This document shows, in pieces, positions 44,229 to 55,370 of a stretch of 64,000 nucleotides of DNA. The translations under genes were made by a program, and so were the position numbers. Within the stretch, counting starts at the first letter, position 1, and every line of letters begins with the position of its first letter. Source of the DNA: Alphaproteobacteria bacterium (GTDB taxonomy: Bacteria > Pseudomonadota > Alphaproteobacteria > UBA8317); assembly GCA_038131935.1 (NCBI GenBank), contig JAYPQH010000018.1, positions 128,001 to 192,000 of the forward strand. The letters are read 5' to 3'. The notes beneath the pieces are model-generated. The model was not told the origin of the DNA. It saw only the letters and a program-made list of their open reading frames with translations, and made no database searches.

Positions 44229-44843
44229 ATGAATGACGTGATCCAAGATGTTTTGCCGAACTTAGCGCAGCTGCATCGCCTCCTCGGCGGGCGGTCCCTC
44301 ACGCTTGTTGGAATGATGGGTTCTGGAAAATCAACCATCGGTCGGCGGGTCGCCCGCAGGCTAGGCTTGGGGTTTCATGATGCTGATCGGGAGATCGAAG
44401 ATGCCGCGGGATGCAGCATCCCAGAAATCTTTGCAACCCATGGAGAAGCCTTCTTCAGGGATCGCGAACATGCGGTAATCAATCGCTTGCTGCAAGAAAC
44501 AAGCATGGTGCTGGCCACAGGCGGGGGAGCATTCATGAATGATCGCACCCGTGAGGTGATGCTGCAACGTTCTGTATGCATCTGGTTGCGTGCCGATCTT
44601 GACATATTGGTGGAGCGGGTATCCCGGAAAGACAATCGCCCCCTTCTCAAGAACAAAGATCCACGGCAAGTCCTTACTGAGTTGGCACGCACACGCCACC
44701 CTATTTATGCCCAAGCCCATTTGGTGGTGGAATCCGGGCAAGGATCCCATGAAGAAACCGTGGATGGCTTGTTGATGGCACTTGAAGCTTACCTACATTC
44801 TGAACAATTGCGGTTAGAACAACAATCAAAGCGGTCATTATGA
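44229..44843 (+). CDS. aroK: Shikimate kinase
   Basis: LVGMMGSGKSTIG, FHDAD, GEAFFRDRE, ATGGG, RPLL. Confidence 0.95.
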   Translation: MNDVIQDVLPNLAQLHRLLGGRSLTLVGMMGSGKSTIGRRVARRLGLGFHDADREIEDAAGCSIPEIFATHGEAFFRDREHAVINRLLQETSMVLATGGGAFMNDRTREVMLQRSVCIWLRADLDILVERVSRKDNRPLLKNKDPRQVLTELARTRHPIYAQAHLVVESGQGSHEETVDGLLMALEAYLHSEQLRLEQQSKRSL

Positions 44844-45979
44844 GCAACAAACATCAAGTGACAGTGGATCTTGGCGCCAGAAGTTACCCCATAGATATTG
44901 GCCCAGGTTTGCTCAATGACTTACCACAGGTTTTTTCCCGCACCTCCAACAGAAATCAAATCATCGTGGTCAGCGATACCCAGGTGATGGATCATCATGG
45001 TGAACGCTTGCGGGGCATATGTGAGGCTGCGGGTTTGACATTCCATCCCCTCATTATCCCTGCAGGGGAACATTCCAAAAACTGGGATCAACTGGCAAAA
45101 CTGGTTGGATCTCTCTTGGACCTCGGTGTCAGCCGAAAAGACAGTATTGTTGCTTTTGGCGGCGGTGTTGTGGGTGATTTGGCAGGCTTTGCCGCAGCCA
45201 TCGTAAAACGTGGCTGTTCGTTTATTCAGGTTCCCACCACCTTGTTGGCTCAAGTCGACTCTTCTGTGGGGGGAAAGACCGCCATCAACACCCCACAGGG
45301 CAAAAATCTTGTGGGTGCGTTTCATCAACCCAAACATGTCATCATTGATACGGATTTGTTGGCAACCCTGCCCCCACGGGAATTGCGCGCGGGTTATGCA
45401 GAAGTGGTCAAATATGGGTTGATTGATGACCTTTCATTTTTTCAATGGCTGGATCAAGAAGGTGATCGGGTCATCAACTTAGAAGGTGATGCCGTAAGCC
45501 GCGCCGTCGCGCGGTCTTGTGCGGCTAAGGCACGTATTGTTGCCCAAGATGAAACAGAACAGGACAAACGTGCCTTGTTAAATTTAGGGCATACGTTTGG
45601 TCATGCACTTGAAGCGGTGAACAAATATGATGGCCGGCTGCTGCATGGCGAAGCGGTCGGTATTGGCATGGTGGCAGCCATGGCGTTTTCAGCAGCCCAT
45701 GGATGGGCACCTCAAGAAGATGTTGAAAAATTGCGCGCCCATCTTGCGCGCTTAGACATGCGCACGGAAATTGCCCAAGCCGTACCCGCAGACGTCGATG
45801 CTGATCAATTGATGGCCGCCATGATGCAAGATAAGAAAAATGAAGATGGCAAATTGGTGCTCATATTGTCAGAGGGCATCGGCAAAGCCTTCGTGCGCAA
45901 AGATGTTGATGTGGGACTGGTCCATCAATTCTGGAGAGAAGCGCTGGCCACTGTTCCGCCTGCCTCAAAGAAGGACTGA
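44840..45979 (+). CDS. aroB: 3-dehydroquinate synthase
   Basis: GGGVVGD, PTTLLAQVDSSVGGKT, KNLVGAF, LNLGHTFGHA, HGEAV. Confidence 0.97.
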   Translation: MSNKHQVTVDLGARSYPIDIGPGLLNDLPQVFSRTSNRNQIIVVSDTQVMDHHGERLRGICEAAGLTFHPLIIPAGEHSKNWDQLAKLVGSLLDLGVSRKDSIVAFGGGVVGDLAGFAAAIVKRGCSFIQVPTTLLAQVDSSVGGKTAINTPQGKNLVGAFHQPKHVIIDTDLLATLPPRELRAGYAEVVKYGLIDDLSFFQWLDQEGDRVINLEGDAVSRAVARSCAAKARIVAQDETEQDKRALLNLGHTFGHALEAVNKYDGRLLHGEAVGIGMVAAMAFSAAHGWAPQEDVEKLRAHLARLDMRTEIAQAVPADVDADQLMAAMMQDKKNEDGKLVLILSEGIGKAFVRKDVDVGLVHQFWREALATVPPASKKD

Positions 45980-45983
45980 CCCC

Positions 45984-47282
45984 ATGTTGGCGTTTTTGAC
46001 AACCCATATCGACATCATCTTTGGTGTGGCCATTTTGCTGCTGTTGTTGGTGTCAGCGATGTTCTCTGGCTCAGAGACAGCCCTGACCGCTGCATCACGT
46101 GCAAGGCTGCATCATATGGAGCGTGAGGGAGATAAAGCCGCGCGTTCTGCTCTTGATCTTTTGCGCCAACCTGATCGGCTCATTGGTGCCTTGTTGTTGG
46201 GCAACAATCTTGTCAATATTTTGGCATCCTCGTTGGCCACTTCCTTATTTTTGAAATGGTTTGGCCAAGCTGGCGTTGCGTATGCAACCATCATCATGAC
46301 GATCATGGTGCTAATCTTTGCTGAAGTGCTACCCAAGACGTATGCCATTACCCATCCCACCGCCACCGCACGACGTATTGTCACCCCCGTCTCTTGGTTG
46401 GTGTGGGCCTTAAGCCCCATGGTCGAAACCGTGCGCAAAATCGTTCATGTCATGTTGCGCAGCCTTGGCGTTCAAGGCCGGGAGCGCTTTCCTGCCCACG
46501 AGGAATTGCGTGGGGCCATCAGCATGCATCATGCTGAAGGAGGCATGGCACGCGATGATGTGGAGCGTTTAGGGGGTATATTGGACCTGAAAGATCTGGA
46601 CGTGGCAGAAGTGATGGTTCACCGCCGAAACCTATTCATGCTGCCCGCCAATTTGGCCCCTGATGAATTGTTGCGTCGGGCGTTACGAGCGCCTTATTCT
46701 CGGATCCCCCTATGGGCGGATGAACATGAAAACATCATTGGCGTGTTGCATGTAAAAGACCTTTTGCGCGCCGCATTGGACAATGATGACAAGTTAGAGG
46801 GGCTGAATGTCCTCAACATTGCCCGAAAGCCTTGGTTTGTTCCTGACACAACTGAAGTTGTCGAACAGCTTGATAGCTTTTTATCAAGCCGCAATCATTT
46901 TGCATTGGTGGTTGATGAATATGGCGCCTTGCAGGGACTGATTACCTTAGAAGATATCCTCGAAGAGATCGTTGGGGAAATCCATGATGAACATGACATT
47001 AAGGTCGCGGGCGTGTTGGATAATCATGACGGCAGTTACCTCATTGATGGCACTGTTGCGATCCGTGATGTTAACCGTACCTTTGGATGGAACTTACCTG
47101 ATGATGATGCCAACACGGTGGCAGGACTGGTTATTCATGAAGCTCGGACCATTCCTGAAAAGGGCCAAGTGTTCCATTTTCATGGGATGCGCTTTGAAAT
47201 CATTGAGCGACAGCGCAACCAAATCCGCAAACTGATTTTGCGCAAACCGCGCAAACTCAATACGGAAAACCCCCAAAAGTAA
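45984..47282 (+). CDS. HlyC/CorC (CNNM-CBS-CorC) transporter
   Basis: FSGSETA, LLGNN, EVLPK, YSRIP, VVDEYG, TLEDILEEIVGEI. Confidence 0.93.
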   Translation: MLAFLTTHIDIIFGVAILLLLLVSAMFSGSETALTAASRARLHHMEREGDKAARSALDLLRQPDRLIGALLLGNNLVNILASSLATSLFLKWFGQAGVAYATIIMTIMVLIFAEVLPKTYAITHPTATARRIVTPVSWLVWALSPMVETVRKIVHVMLRSLGVQGRERFPAHEELRGAISMHHAEGGMARDDVERLGGILDLKDLDVAEVMVHRRNLFMLPANLAPDELLRRALRAPYSRIPLWADEHENIIGVLHVKDLLRAALDNDDKLEGLNVLNIARKPWFVPDTTEVVEQLDSFLSSRNHFALVVDEYGALQGLITLEDILEEIVGEIHDEHDIKVAGVLDNHDGSYLIDGTVAIRDVNRTFGWNLPDDDANTVAGLVIHEARTIPEKGQVFHFHGMRFEIIERQRNQIRKLILRKPRKLNTENPQK

Positions 47283-47309
47283 GAACATATGCAGGGGGTA
47301 AAAAGCCCT

Positions 47310-47567
47310 TTAGAAGCTTAATTTCATGGAAAGTGCATGGATATGGGGCAGCTCTTGGGTCAAGATTTGATGGACATGACGCTCCCGTCCCAATCTATTC
47401 ATCGCCATGAATCCCTCCCAATGAATGACCAAATGGAAGTGGCTTTCTCCTGAACCATCATGACCTGCGTGACCGGCATGCAGATGTGATTGGTTCTCCA
47501 CGTGACATCTCGCCTCGGGCATGGCCGCCAAAAGTTTTTCTTCGATGGCTTTTTGTATCTGGCCCAT
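47310..47567 (-). CDS. bolA: BolA family protein
   Basis: NQSHLHAGHAG...GESHF, F..MNRLGRER, IHALS. Confidence 0.9.
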   Translation of the reverse strand: MGQIQKAIEEKLLAAMPEARCHVENQSHLHAGHAGHDGSGESHFHLVIHWEGFMAMNRLGRERHVHQILTQELPHIHALSMKLSF

Positions 47568-47712
47568 GACAACATTCTCCAATCTGCTATAATCAACAAT
47601 TCATAAACCATTCTTGTGTCCGGGAGGCAACCTAAAGGTTTGCATGACGTCATGAGAATGCGCATGAACGCCCAACAAGATCGCCAACCCCTACGTTGAA
47701 GGAAGTTATGTG

Positions 47713-48297
47713 ATGGACAAACGCCCCCCAAACGGTGCCGAACAGGATACCGATCCTTGGGATATCTCTATCACGGGCTCAAGACGAAACACGCGTTCGC
47801 GTGGTTGTGATTGGGAAGGCTGTGAGCAAGAGGGGCTTTATCCTGCACCAAAATCACCTCAAGCTTTGAGAGAATATGTGTATTTTTGCAAACCACATAT
47901 TCAAGAATACAATAAGGGATGGAATTTCTTCGCAGATATGAGCGTGGAGCAATGTGAGCAATACCGCCATAGCGATGCGACCTGGCACCGACCCACTTGG
48001 CGTTTGGGGGAAAGCCCGATCAATGTTGATCGTGAAGATATGGGCATGCGGGATATCCATGAATTGTTCGCACAACGCCGTGAGGCGCAAAAAAAACCAA
48101 CCGCCCCACCTCATCTACGTCGGGCATTGGAGGTGATGGATTTGCCTTGGCCGGTGACGTTTGAACAAGTCCGTGCCAAACGCAATGCCCTGGTCAAAGA
48201 ACATCACCCTGATCGCCATCAAGGTGATCCCAGCAAGCAAGAACATCTGAAAGCTATTCTCGCCGCATATGACCAATTACGCCAAGAATTGTCCTAA
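47713..48297 (+). CDS. J-domain protein
   Basis: CDWEGC..G.YPAPK, FCKPH..EYN..WNFF, WHRPTW, C-terminal HHPD. Confidence 0.88.
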   Translation: MDKRPPNGAEQDTDPWDISITGSRRNTRSRGCDWEGCEQEGLYPAPKSPQALREYVYFCKPHIQEYNKGWNFFADMSVEQCEQYRHSDATWHRPTWRLGESPINVDREDMGMRDIHELFAQRREAQKKPTAPPHLRRALEVMDLPWPVTFEQVRAKRNALVKEHHPDRHQGDPSKQEHLKAILAAYDQLRQELS

Positions 48298-48414
48298 ACC
48301 TTTCCCTTGGCCAAAGATGACTTAACTAACGTCATGAATTTTTTTAGGAGACCCTTGTTATGATCGAAACCTTTGCCATCATCTTCATTTGCCTGTTTGT
48401 CATGTTTGCATTGA

Positions 48415-48789
48415 ATGGGTTCCGTTTCTAATCCATGTCCCACCCCTAAGCCGAAGGCCTTCATAGATGGCGGTTGTCCAATTTGCTCAGCTGAAGTGGC
48501 CTTTTTACAAAAAAAAGGCGCCAATATTGAGTTTGTGGACCTGACAGATCCCTCTTGTGATCTTCATGAGGACGTCAAACAAACCAGGCTCAGCATGATG
48601 CATGTGCAAGATATAGATGGGCGTATGTACCAAGGTGCTCAGGCCTTTTCACTGATGTACCAACATACACCAGGATTTTTTTTGCTTGGACGCTTGCTTG
48701 GACTACCCATTATTCGGCATGGTGCGGATATCTTTTACCGGTGGTTCCTATGGGTACGGCCATTGTGGCGCCCAAAGAACCGCCCCTAA
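48415..48789 (+). CDS. DCC1-like thiol-disulfide oxidoreductase (DUF393)
   Basis: DGGCPIC motif, MHV, GAQAF. Confidence 0.85.
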   Translation: MGSVSNPCPTPKPKAFIDGGCPICSAEVAFLQKKGANIEFVDLTDPSCDLHEDVKQTRLSMMHVQDIDGRMYQGAQAFSLMYQHTPGFFLLGRLLGLPIIRHGADIFYRWFLWVRPLWRPKNRP

Positions 48790-48856
48790 ACCAGGTTTTG
48801 AAGGCTCTTGCATGCCGCAAGATGTCTTTTAGTACCCTTTTGATTCTGGAGGAACC

Positions 48857-49825
48857 ATGAGCGAACGATCCTTACATGTGAACGAGCCCGACACCGACGT
48901 ATCTGTGCGAGAGGTTTTTGGCATCGACAGTGACATGCGCGTACCTGCCTTTAGTGAACGTGATGACCATGTTCCTGACATGGACCCAGATTATATATTT
49001 GATCGGGAAACGACCTTGGCCATTTTGGCAGGCTTTTGTCACAACAGACGCGTGATGGTGCAGGGCTATCACGGCACGGGTAAATCCACCCATATTGAAC
49101 AGGTAGCCTCACGGTTGAACTGGCCCTGTATCCGGATCAATCTCGACAGCCATATCAGCCGTATTGATTTGGTGGGTAAGGATGCGATTGTCCTGCGCGA
49201 AGGCAAGCAAGTCACGGAGTTCAGGGAGGGCATCTTGCCATGGGCGTTACAGAACCCCGTGGCCTTGGTATTTGACGAATATGATGCAGGTCGACCTGAT
49301 GTTATGTTTGTTATTCAACGGGTGTTGGAGGTTGAAGGCAAACTAACCTTGCTTGACCAATCACGTGTCATCAAGCCGCACAATTGTTTCCGTTTGTTCG
49401 CCACAGCGAACACCATTGGCCTGGGTGATACAACAGGTCTTTACCATGGCACCCAGCAAATCAACCAGGGCCAAATGGACCGCTGGAATGTTGTTACCAC
49501 CTTAAACTACCTCCCCCAAGCGCAGGAAGTGGCCATTATCCAAGCCAAATGCCCAAGCCTATCACATGACGACGCTCAAGCCATGGTACGGTTGGCAGAT
49601 TTGACCCGCAAAGCCTTCATCAATGGTGACCTGTCAACCGTCATGAGTCCGCGCACCGTGATTACATGGGCAGACAATTGGCAGATCTTCCAAGACCGCG
49701 CATTTGCATTCCGGGTTTCTTTTTTGAACAAATCAGATGAATTGGAGCGGCCTGTATTGGCGGAATTCTACCAACGCTGTTTTGGAGAAGACCTCCCTGA
49801 ATCCACCATGAATTCCCTAAGCTAA
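48857..49825 (+). CDS. cobS: Cobaltochelatase subunit CobS
   Basis: [41 protein letters not shown]. Confidence 0.96.
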   Translation: MSERSLHVNEPDTDVSVREVFGIDSDMRVPAFSERDDHVPDMDPDYIFDRETTLAILAGFCHNRRVMVQGYHGTGKSTHIEQVASRLNWPCIRINLDSHISRIDLVGKDAIVLREGKQVTEFREGILPWALQNPVALVFDEYDAGRPDVMFVIQRVLEVEGKLTLLDQSRVIKPHNCFRLFATANTIGLGDTTGLYHGTQQINQGQMDRWNVVTTLNYLPQAQEVAIIQAKCPSLSHDDAQAMVRLADLTRKAFINGDLSTVMSPRTVITWADNWQIFQDRAFAFRVSFLNKSDELERPVLAEFYQRCFGEDLPESTMNSLS

Positions 49826-49840
49826 AAAGAGGTCGGTATC

Positions 49841-51645
49841 GTGGCCACGCCAAAGCCCTCACGACGACGCGAAGCCCTCACCACCACCACCCAAGTTCTT
49901 GCTGGGGTGGAGGTTGAGGTTCGTTTTACCCGAGACCGAGCTCGCGAACATGGAACAACGATCCATGTGCCTGATCCTGATGTTACCGAAAACCCCACAG
50001 AACGCACCCATATTCGGGGGAGGTTAGATTCCTTTGCCCTCCGGCAACGCTATCATGACGAAGCCACCCACCAAGCCCGTGCACCGCGGCATCCTGATGC
50101 GCGCAAATTGTTCAATGCCCTCGAGCGGGCAAGGGTAGAAGCAGCTGGTGGGTTGGATTATCCCGGCGCTGGCCAAAATCTAGATGCGTTGATTGTGCAA
50201 CGCTGTAAGGAAAATCTCTACGAACAAGCCATCACCCATGACGATGCACCCCTGACAGACGCCTTAGCGCTGTTGATCAAGCAAGCGGCAACCGGACAAA
50301 AACCACCCGAAGAGGCTGCCGCTATCATTGGTGCGTGGGAACCTATATTTCAGAAGATTGGTCCTGGCGGCATCAAAGCTTTTGCCGATGCTGTATCCAG
50401 TCAAGAAGCCTTTGCTGATCTTTCCCTAGAACTTCTCGATGCCATGGATATGCTCGATGGACAGGATCCAGGCCAAGATGGTGACACGGCTGCAGAGGAC
50501 AATCCCCAAGGACAAGATCAAGCCCTGACGATAGCCCTCAAGAAGATGATGGTGGTGAACCACCCACAGGAGAAGGGTCTGATGAGATCTCTGGGGAGAC
50601 CCTTGAAGGTATGCCAGCCCCATCCGATCTCCCTGAAGAATCAAATGAAGATCTTGAAGATGGTGACAAGGTAGAAATGCCAGCCCCCGCCAACATCTCA
50701 TTGGGTTCTGTGGATGATGACCCTGATTATCAGATATTCACGAAAGAACATGACGAAATCGTTGAGGCACATGAGCTTTGCCCCGAAGAAGAACTTGACC
50801 GCTTGCGGGCATATCTTGACCAACAGCTCTTTGCCCATAAAGGTGCTGTGGCACGGATTGCCAATCGCTTGCAGCGAAGATTGATGGCCCAGCAGAGCCG
50901 CGGCTGGAACTTTGACCTCGATGAGGGTTTGCTGGATACCGCAAGGCTTACAAGGGTTGTGGTGGATCCCACCTCAGCCTTATCCTTCAAACAAGAAGAG
51001 GAAGCTCCTTTTCGTGATACGGTTGTGACCTTGTTGATAGACAATTCAGGCTCCATGAGGGGGAGACCGATTTCTGTTGCCGCTATGTCTGGCGATATTT
51101 TGGCACGGACCCTAGAGCGATGTGGGGTCAAAGTTGAGATCCTTGGTTTTACCACCAAGGCGTGGAAGGGTGGACGCTCTCGAGAAGCTTGGGTCAATGC
51201 GGGCAGACCGGAATATCCTGGCCGTTTGAATGACCTTCGCCATGTGATTTACAAATCCGCCGATCAACCATGGCGGCGGACAAAACGCAATTTGGGCCTG
51301 ATGTTGCGCGAAGGATTGCTGAAAGAAAATATTGATGGAGAAGCCTTGCTTTGGGCACATCAAAGGTTGGTGGCCCGGCATGAACAACGACGTGTGTTGA
51401 TGGTTATCTCTGATGGGGCACCGGTGGATGATGCCACCTTATCCATCAACCCTGGCAATTATTTGGAACGGCATTTGCGGCGGGTGATCAAAGCCATCGA
51501 AGAAACCTCACCTGTTGAACTTATCGCCATCGGCATCGGGCATGATGTGACACGCTATTACAACCGCGCGGTGACGATCACCGATGTGGCAGAATTGGGT
51601 GGCGCCATGGTTGACCAATTGGCTGATCTCTTTGAGGAACATTGA
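49841..51645 (+). CDS. cobT: Cobaltochelatase subunit CobT (1-nt deletion near 50523)
   Basis: N-domain ERARVEA, acidic linker, v[31 protein letters not shown]. Confidence 0.93.
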
Positions 51646-52386
51646 TCAGTCTTGGATGGTCTTTTGTGACACAGGGTTGAGAACAGGTTTTGCCAACATA
51701 TCACGCAAGGTTCGGGCGCGTTGACGCCGGGGCTTTGCAAAAACCTGTTTGCGCAAATGCAGAAGATGAACCCCACCCAAACGCGCCCCAAGCTTGATGC
51801 CCAACCGTTCGATCCCTGGCATCAACGTGACTGCCCAACCAGCCCTGATTGGCGGCATCAAAAGCGCATAATCATGAGAAAGAACGGTAAATCCAATTTT
51901 TCCTGTTAATTGCTCCAATTGGCCGTGGGAATAGGGCCTGCCATGTCCAAAAGGTGTGATGTCCCTGCGGGCCCAAATCGACAAGCGGTTAGGGACCATG
52001 ATCATCAGCTCCCCCTGACCGGTTAAGCATTCCCAAAGCTGTTGGATGAGCGCCATGGGGTCATAGGCATGTTCAAGGGCGTGGGCGACCAATATACGCT
52101 CAAAACTTGCCGCACCAAACGGTAGCGCATCTTCATGCAAAAGAACGGTACGCCCATACCCTTGAGAAGGCCACCGCAACACACCTTGTGCAGCTGGCAT
52201 GCCTGCCAGCACCACCGAGGTGGGGTGATAGGGCCAAAGGTAGGGGGTTGCAAAGCCAAGCCCCAACATGGGTCGGTTTTCTGTGGGATCCCAGCGTTGG
52301 GCCAAGCTCTTGCGTAGCAAATGGCAACTCATACGCCCTAGGGGTGTTTTGTAAAATCGGGCCAACTCGAGTATATCAGGTTGCAT
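51646..52386 (-). CDS. Class I SAM-dependent methyltransferase (YafS-like)
   Basis: FYKTPLG, GLGFATPYL, VPNR..WAR...TPFGHGRPYS; divergent from gloB. Confidence 0.85.
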   Translation of the reverse strand: MQPDILELARFYKTPLGRMSCHLLRKSLAQRWDPTENRPMLGLGFATPYLWPYHPTSVVLAGMPAAQGVLRWPSQGYGRTVLLHEDALPFGAASFERILVAHALEHAYDPMALIQQLWECLTGQGELMIMVPNRLSIWARRDITPFGHGRPYSHGQLEQLTGKIGFTVLSHDYALLMPPIRAGWAVTLMPGIERLGIKLGARLGGVHLLHLRKQVFAKPRRQRARTLRDMLAKPVLNPVSQKTIQD

Positions 52387-52459
52387 CAAAAAACCTTCTG
52401 GACTTGGGTGAGCATTCTGCTTCATTTTAGCGTCCAACGCAGCGTAAGGATAGACAGCC

Positions 52460-53218
52460 ATGACCCATATCGAACTTCTTCCCGCCCTGGATGATAATTA
52501 TATTTTTTTGATTCACAACAACCAGCATGCCGTGGTGGTTGATCCAGCTGATCCCAGGGTGGTGCTGACAGCCTTACAAGAACGCAACCTGGAGCTGGTG
52601 GCAATTTTAAACACCCACCATCATGCTGACCATGTTGGTGGCAACAAAATCCTCAAATCGCAAACAGGATGCACCATCCATGGATGGGCCATGGACAATG
52701 AACGCATTCCAGGGATCGACATCCAACATCAAGAAGGTGACCAATTTGTTCTCTTGGATGAGGAATTTCATCTGTTGGCTGTGCCGGGGCACACCACAGG
52801 TCATTGCGCCTATCATGCGCCAGGACTTGAGGCTGCATTTGTAGGAGATACCTTGTTCGCCCTTGGCTGTGGTCGCATGTTTGAGGGTACCCCACCGATG
52901 TTTTGGGGGTCTTTAAAAAAGCTGCGTGCACTACCTCCAAAAACCAAAATTTATTGCGCCCATGAATATACCCTTGCCAATGCAAAATTTGCCTGCGCCA
53001 TGGACCCACAAAACAAAACCCTTCTTAACCGCGTTGAAGACCTTAAGGCACAGCGTGCACGTCAAGAACCCACCATTCCTGTTCAGCTGGCTGACGAAAT
53101 CGCCACCAATCCCTTTTTAAGGGCTGACCAAGAAGACCTCGTACAACAATTGGGGATGCAAGGCTCAGCGGCAGAAGATGTTTTTGCCCATCTGCGACAA
53201 GCCAAAGATCATTTTTGA
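52460..53218 (+). CDS. gloB: Hydroxyacylglutathione hydrolase
   Basis: DNY, THHHADHVGG, PGHT, GDTLF..GCGR, CAHEYT, TNPFLR. Confidence 0.96.
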   Translation: MTHIELLPALDDNYIFLIHNNQHAVVVDPADPRVVLTALQERNLELVAILNTHHHADHVGGNKILKSQTGCTIHGWAMDNERIPGIDIQHQEGDQFVLLDEEFHLLAVPGHTTGHCAYHAPGLEAAFVGDTLFALGCGRMFEGTPPMFWGSLKKLRALPPKTKIYCAHEYTLANAKFACAMDPQNKTLLNRVEDLKAQRARQEPTIPVQLADEIATNPFLRADQEDLVQQLGMQGSAAEDVFAHLRQAKDHF

Positions 53219-53760
53219 TCTCGATAAAAGCGCGCCAAATCTTGTAAGTAATGTAAAACCTCAGGGGCATCCCAATGAGCGGGGCCATAATAACGGCCCA
53301 CCTCTTGCCCATCAAAAATAAGCAATGTGGCAGGCAACCCCCTGAGCCCCAACAACCGAGCGGTTTCCCCGCGTGGGTCTGCGTACAACAAAGGCGTGGT
53401 GATAGCGATTTCATCATAAAAGGCTTTCGCCTTGGCATAACCACCTCGATCGGTTGAAACCGTTACCACATCCAAGTGGGGACCCGAGGCATCAGCCAAA
53501 CGTGACAATGCAGGCATTTCCTCACGACATGGGGGACACCAGCTGGCCCAATAATTTACCAGCAACAATGTCTTTGAAAGACGGGAAAGATCATGCATTT
53601 GTCCTTTTTGATCCTCCACTTCAAGCGGCTCTAGTTGTATGGGCTTGGGGTGGAACAAAAGTTTCGGCAAAGCTTCTGGAATGGTTGGGCGGTCAGCCAT
53701 GAGCGTTAAAGGGCTGGCCAGCGCTATCAGAACTGTCATAAGGACCAAGGGAAACCGCAT
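53209..53760 (-). CDS. TlpA family thiol-disulfide oxidoreductase
   Basis: Signal/TM, NYWASWCPPCREEMP, GLP. Confidence 0.9.
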   Translation of the reverse strand: MRFPLVLMTVLIALASPLTLMADRPTIPEALPKLLFHPKPIQLEPLEVEDQKGQMHDLSRLSKTLLLVNYWASWCPPCREEMPALSRLADASGPHLDVVTVSTDRGGYAKAKAFYDEIAITTPLLYADPRGETARLLGLRGLPATLLIFDGQEVGRYYGPAHWDAPEVLHYLQDLARFYRDQK

Positions 53761-53829
53761 GGTGGGACTCCTTTTTGGGTTTAACCATGTTAATCAATGG
53801 ATGACATAGCGTGCATATTGAGGACGAAC

Positions 53830-55242
53830 ATGGTGCAGGTAGACGCAACAGACAACGAACACAACACCTCTCGGATATGGGGGGGGCGTTTTGCTGCCGG
53901 CCCTGACGCCGTCCTTGAAGCCATCAATGCGTCCATTGATTTTGATCAACGCCTTTGGCCACAAGATATCAGGGGCTCCATTGCCCATGCCTCAATGCTC
54001 GCAAGGGCTGGTATTTTGAATGAAGAGGACCTTCGGGCCATCATTGGTGGGCTTGAAGCCATCGCACAGGATCTGTCAAAGGGCGAATTTGCCTTCTCAC
54101 GCGCGTTGGAAGATATCCATATGAATATTGAGGCACGGCTTGCCCAAGATATCGGGGAGGCCGCTGGACGCCTGCATACCGCGCGCTCCCGCAACGATCA
54201 GGTTGCAACAGACCTCCGGTTATGGGTCCGTGATCGCATTGATGAGCAAACGGCACTGCTTACCCATATGATGGGCTTACTTTTAATCCGCGCAGAAGAG
54301 CATGTAGATACAGTGATGCCAGGTTTTACCCATCTGCAAACGGCCATGCCCGTGACCTTTGGTCATCATCTTTTGGCTTACCTTGAAATGTTTTCACGAG
54401 ATCGCGCCCGCATGCGCGATGCCCGGGACCGTTTGAATGAATGCCCACTGGGTGCAGCAGCCCTTGCTGGAACCTCTTTCCCCATTGACCGAGACTACAC
54501 CGCAGAATTGCTTGGCTTTGATGCCCCCATGCGCAATTCCTTAGATGCGGTATCAGACCGAGACTTTGCGTTGGAATATATTTCCGCAGCAAGCATTACG
54601 GGGATACATTGCTCACGTCTGGCCGAGGAAATGGTCTTATGGTCATCCTCAGGCTTTGATTTTATTCGTCTGTCGGATCACTTCACGACAGGATCCAGCA
54701 TCATGCCGCAAAAGAAAAACCCAGATGCGGCAGAATTGGTCCGTGCCAAGTTGGGCCGCATCGCAGGACATTTCCAAGGATTGATGATGGTGATGAAGGG
54801 CCTGCCGCTTGCCTATTCAAAAGACATGCAAGAAGACAAGGAAGCGGTGTTTGATGCCGCCGATAGCTTGGAGCTGATGCTGCGGGCCATGGCGGGCATG
54901 ATTGGTGACATGCAAGCCAACCCCGATGCCATGGCACGCGCAGCCGCCCATGGGCATTCCACCGCCACAGAGTTGGCAGATTGGCTGGTACGGGATTTGG
55001 GACTTCCCTTCCGTGAAGCGCATCATGTTACAGGATCACTTGTGAAGATGGCAGATGAACAGCAATGCCAGCTTGCAGATTTGACCCTTGCTGACATGCA
55101 GCGCATCCACCCCAATATTCATGCCAAGGTTTATGATGTTCTGCCTGTTCAAGAGGCGATCAAAGCCAGAAATTCCTATGGCGGCACCGCCCCGGAGCGC
55201 GTCTTAGAGATGATCCAATGGTGGAAAGAAGAATTGGCATGA
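53830..55242 (+). CDS. argH: Argininosuccinate lyase
   Basis: [31 protein letters not shown]. Confidence 0.97.
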   Translation: MVQVDATDNEHNTSRIWGGRFAAGPDAVLEAINASIDFDQRLWPQDIRGSIAHASMLARAGILNEEDLRAIIGGLEAIAQDLSKGEFAFSRALEDIHMNIEARLAQDIGEAAGRLHTARSRNDQVATDLRLWVRDRIDEQTALLTHMMGLLLIRAEEHVDTVMPGFTHLQTAMPVTFGHHLLAYLEMFSRDRARMRDARDRLNECPLGAAALAGTSFPIDRDYTAELLGFDAPMRNSLDAVSDRDFALEYISAASITGIHCSRLAEEMVLWSSSGFDFIRLSDHFTTGSSIMPQKKNPDAAELVRAKLGRIAGHFQGLMMVMKGLPLAYSKDMQEDKEAVFDAADSLELMLRAMAGMIGDMQANPDAMARAAAHGHSTATELADWLVRDLGLPFREAHHVTGSLVKMADEQQCQLADLTLADMQRIHPNIHAKVYDVLPVQEAIKARNSYGGTAPERVLEMIQWWKEELA

Positions 55243-55370
55243 CCAAGATAACAAGACGCATGGTGATGGTTGGTTTTTTTGCAAGCATCCTCACAAGCTG
55301 TGGGCGTAAAGGACCGAATATTCCGCCTTCTGATCAACCAGCAGCGCAACAAACACAAAAGGCAAAATGA
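55239..55370 (+). CDS. Small lipoprotein, LptM/YifL/LppL family
   Basis: [30 protein letters not shown]...; lipobox LTSC plus CGxKGP; ATGA overlaps with argH and lysA. Confidence 0.8.
   Translation: MTKITRRMVMVGFFASILTSCGRKGPNIPPSDQPAAQQTQKAK

Noticed and set aside
48857-51645. cobS-cobT without cobN as a novel AAA+/vWA system
   Set aside because: Separate cobST next to bolA and a J-domain gene is the usual alphaproteobacterial arrangement
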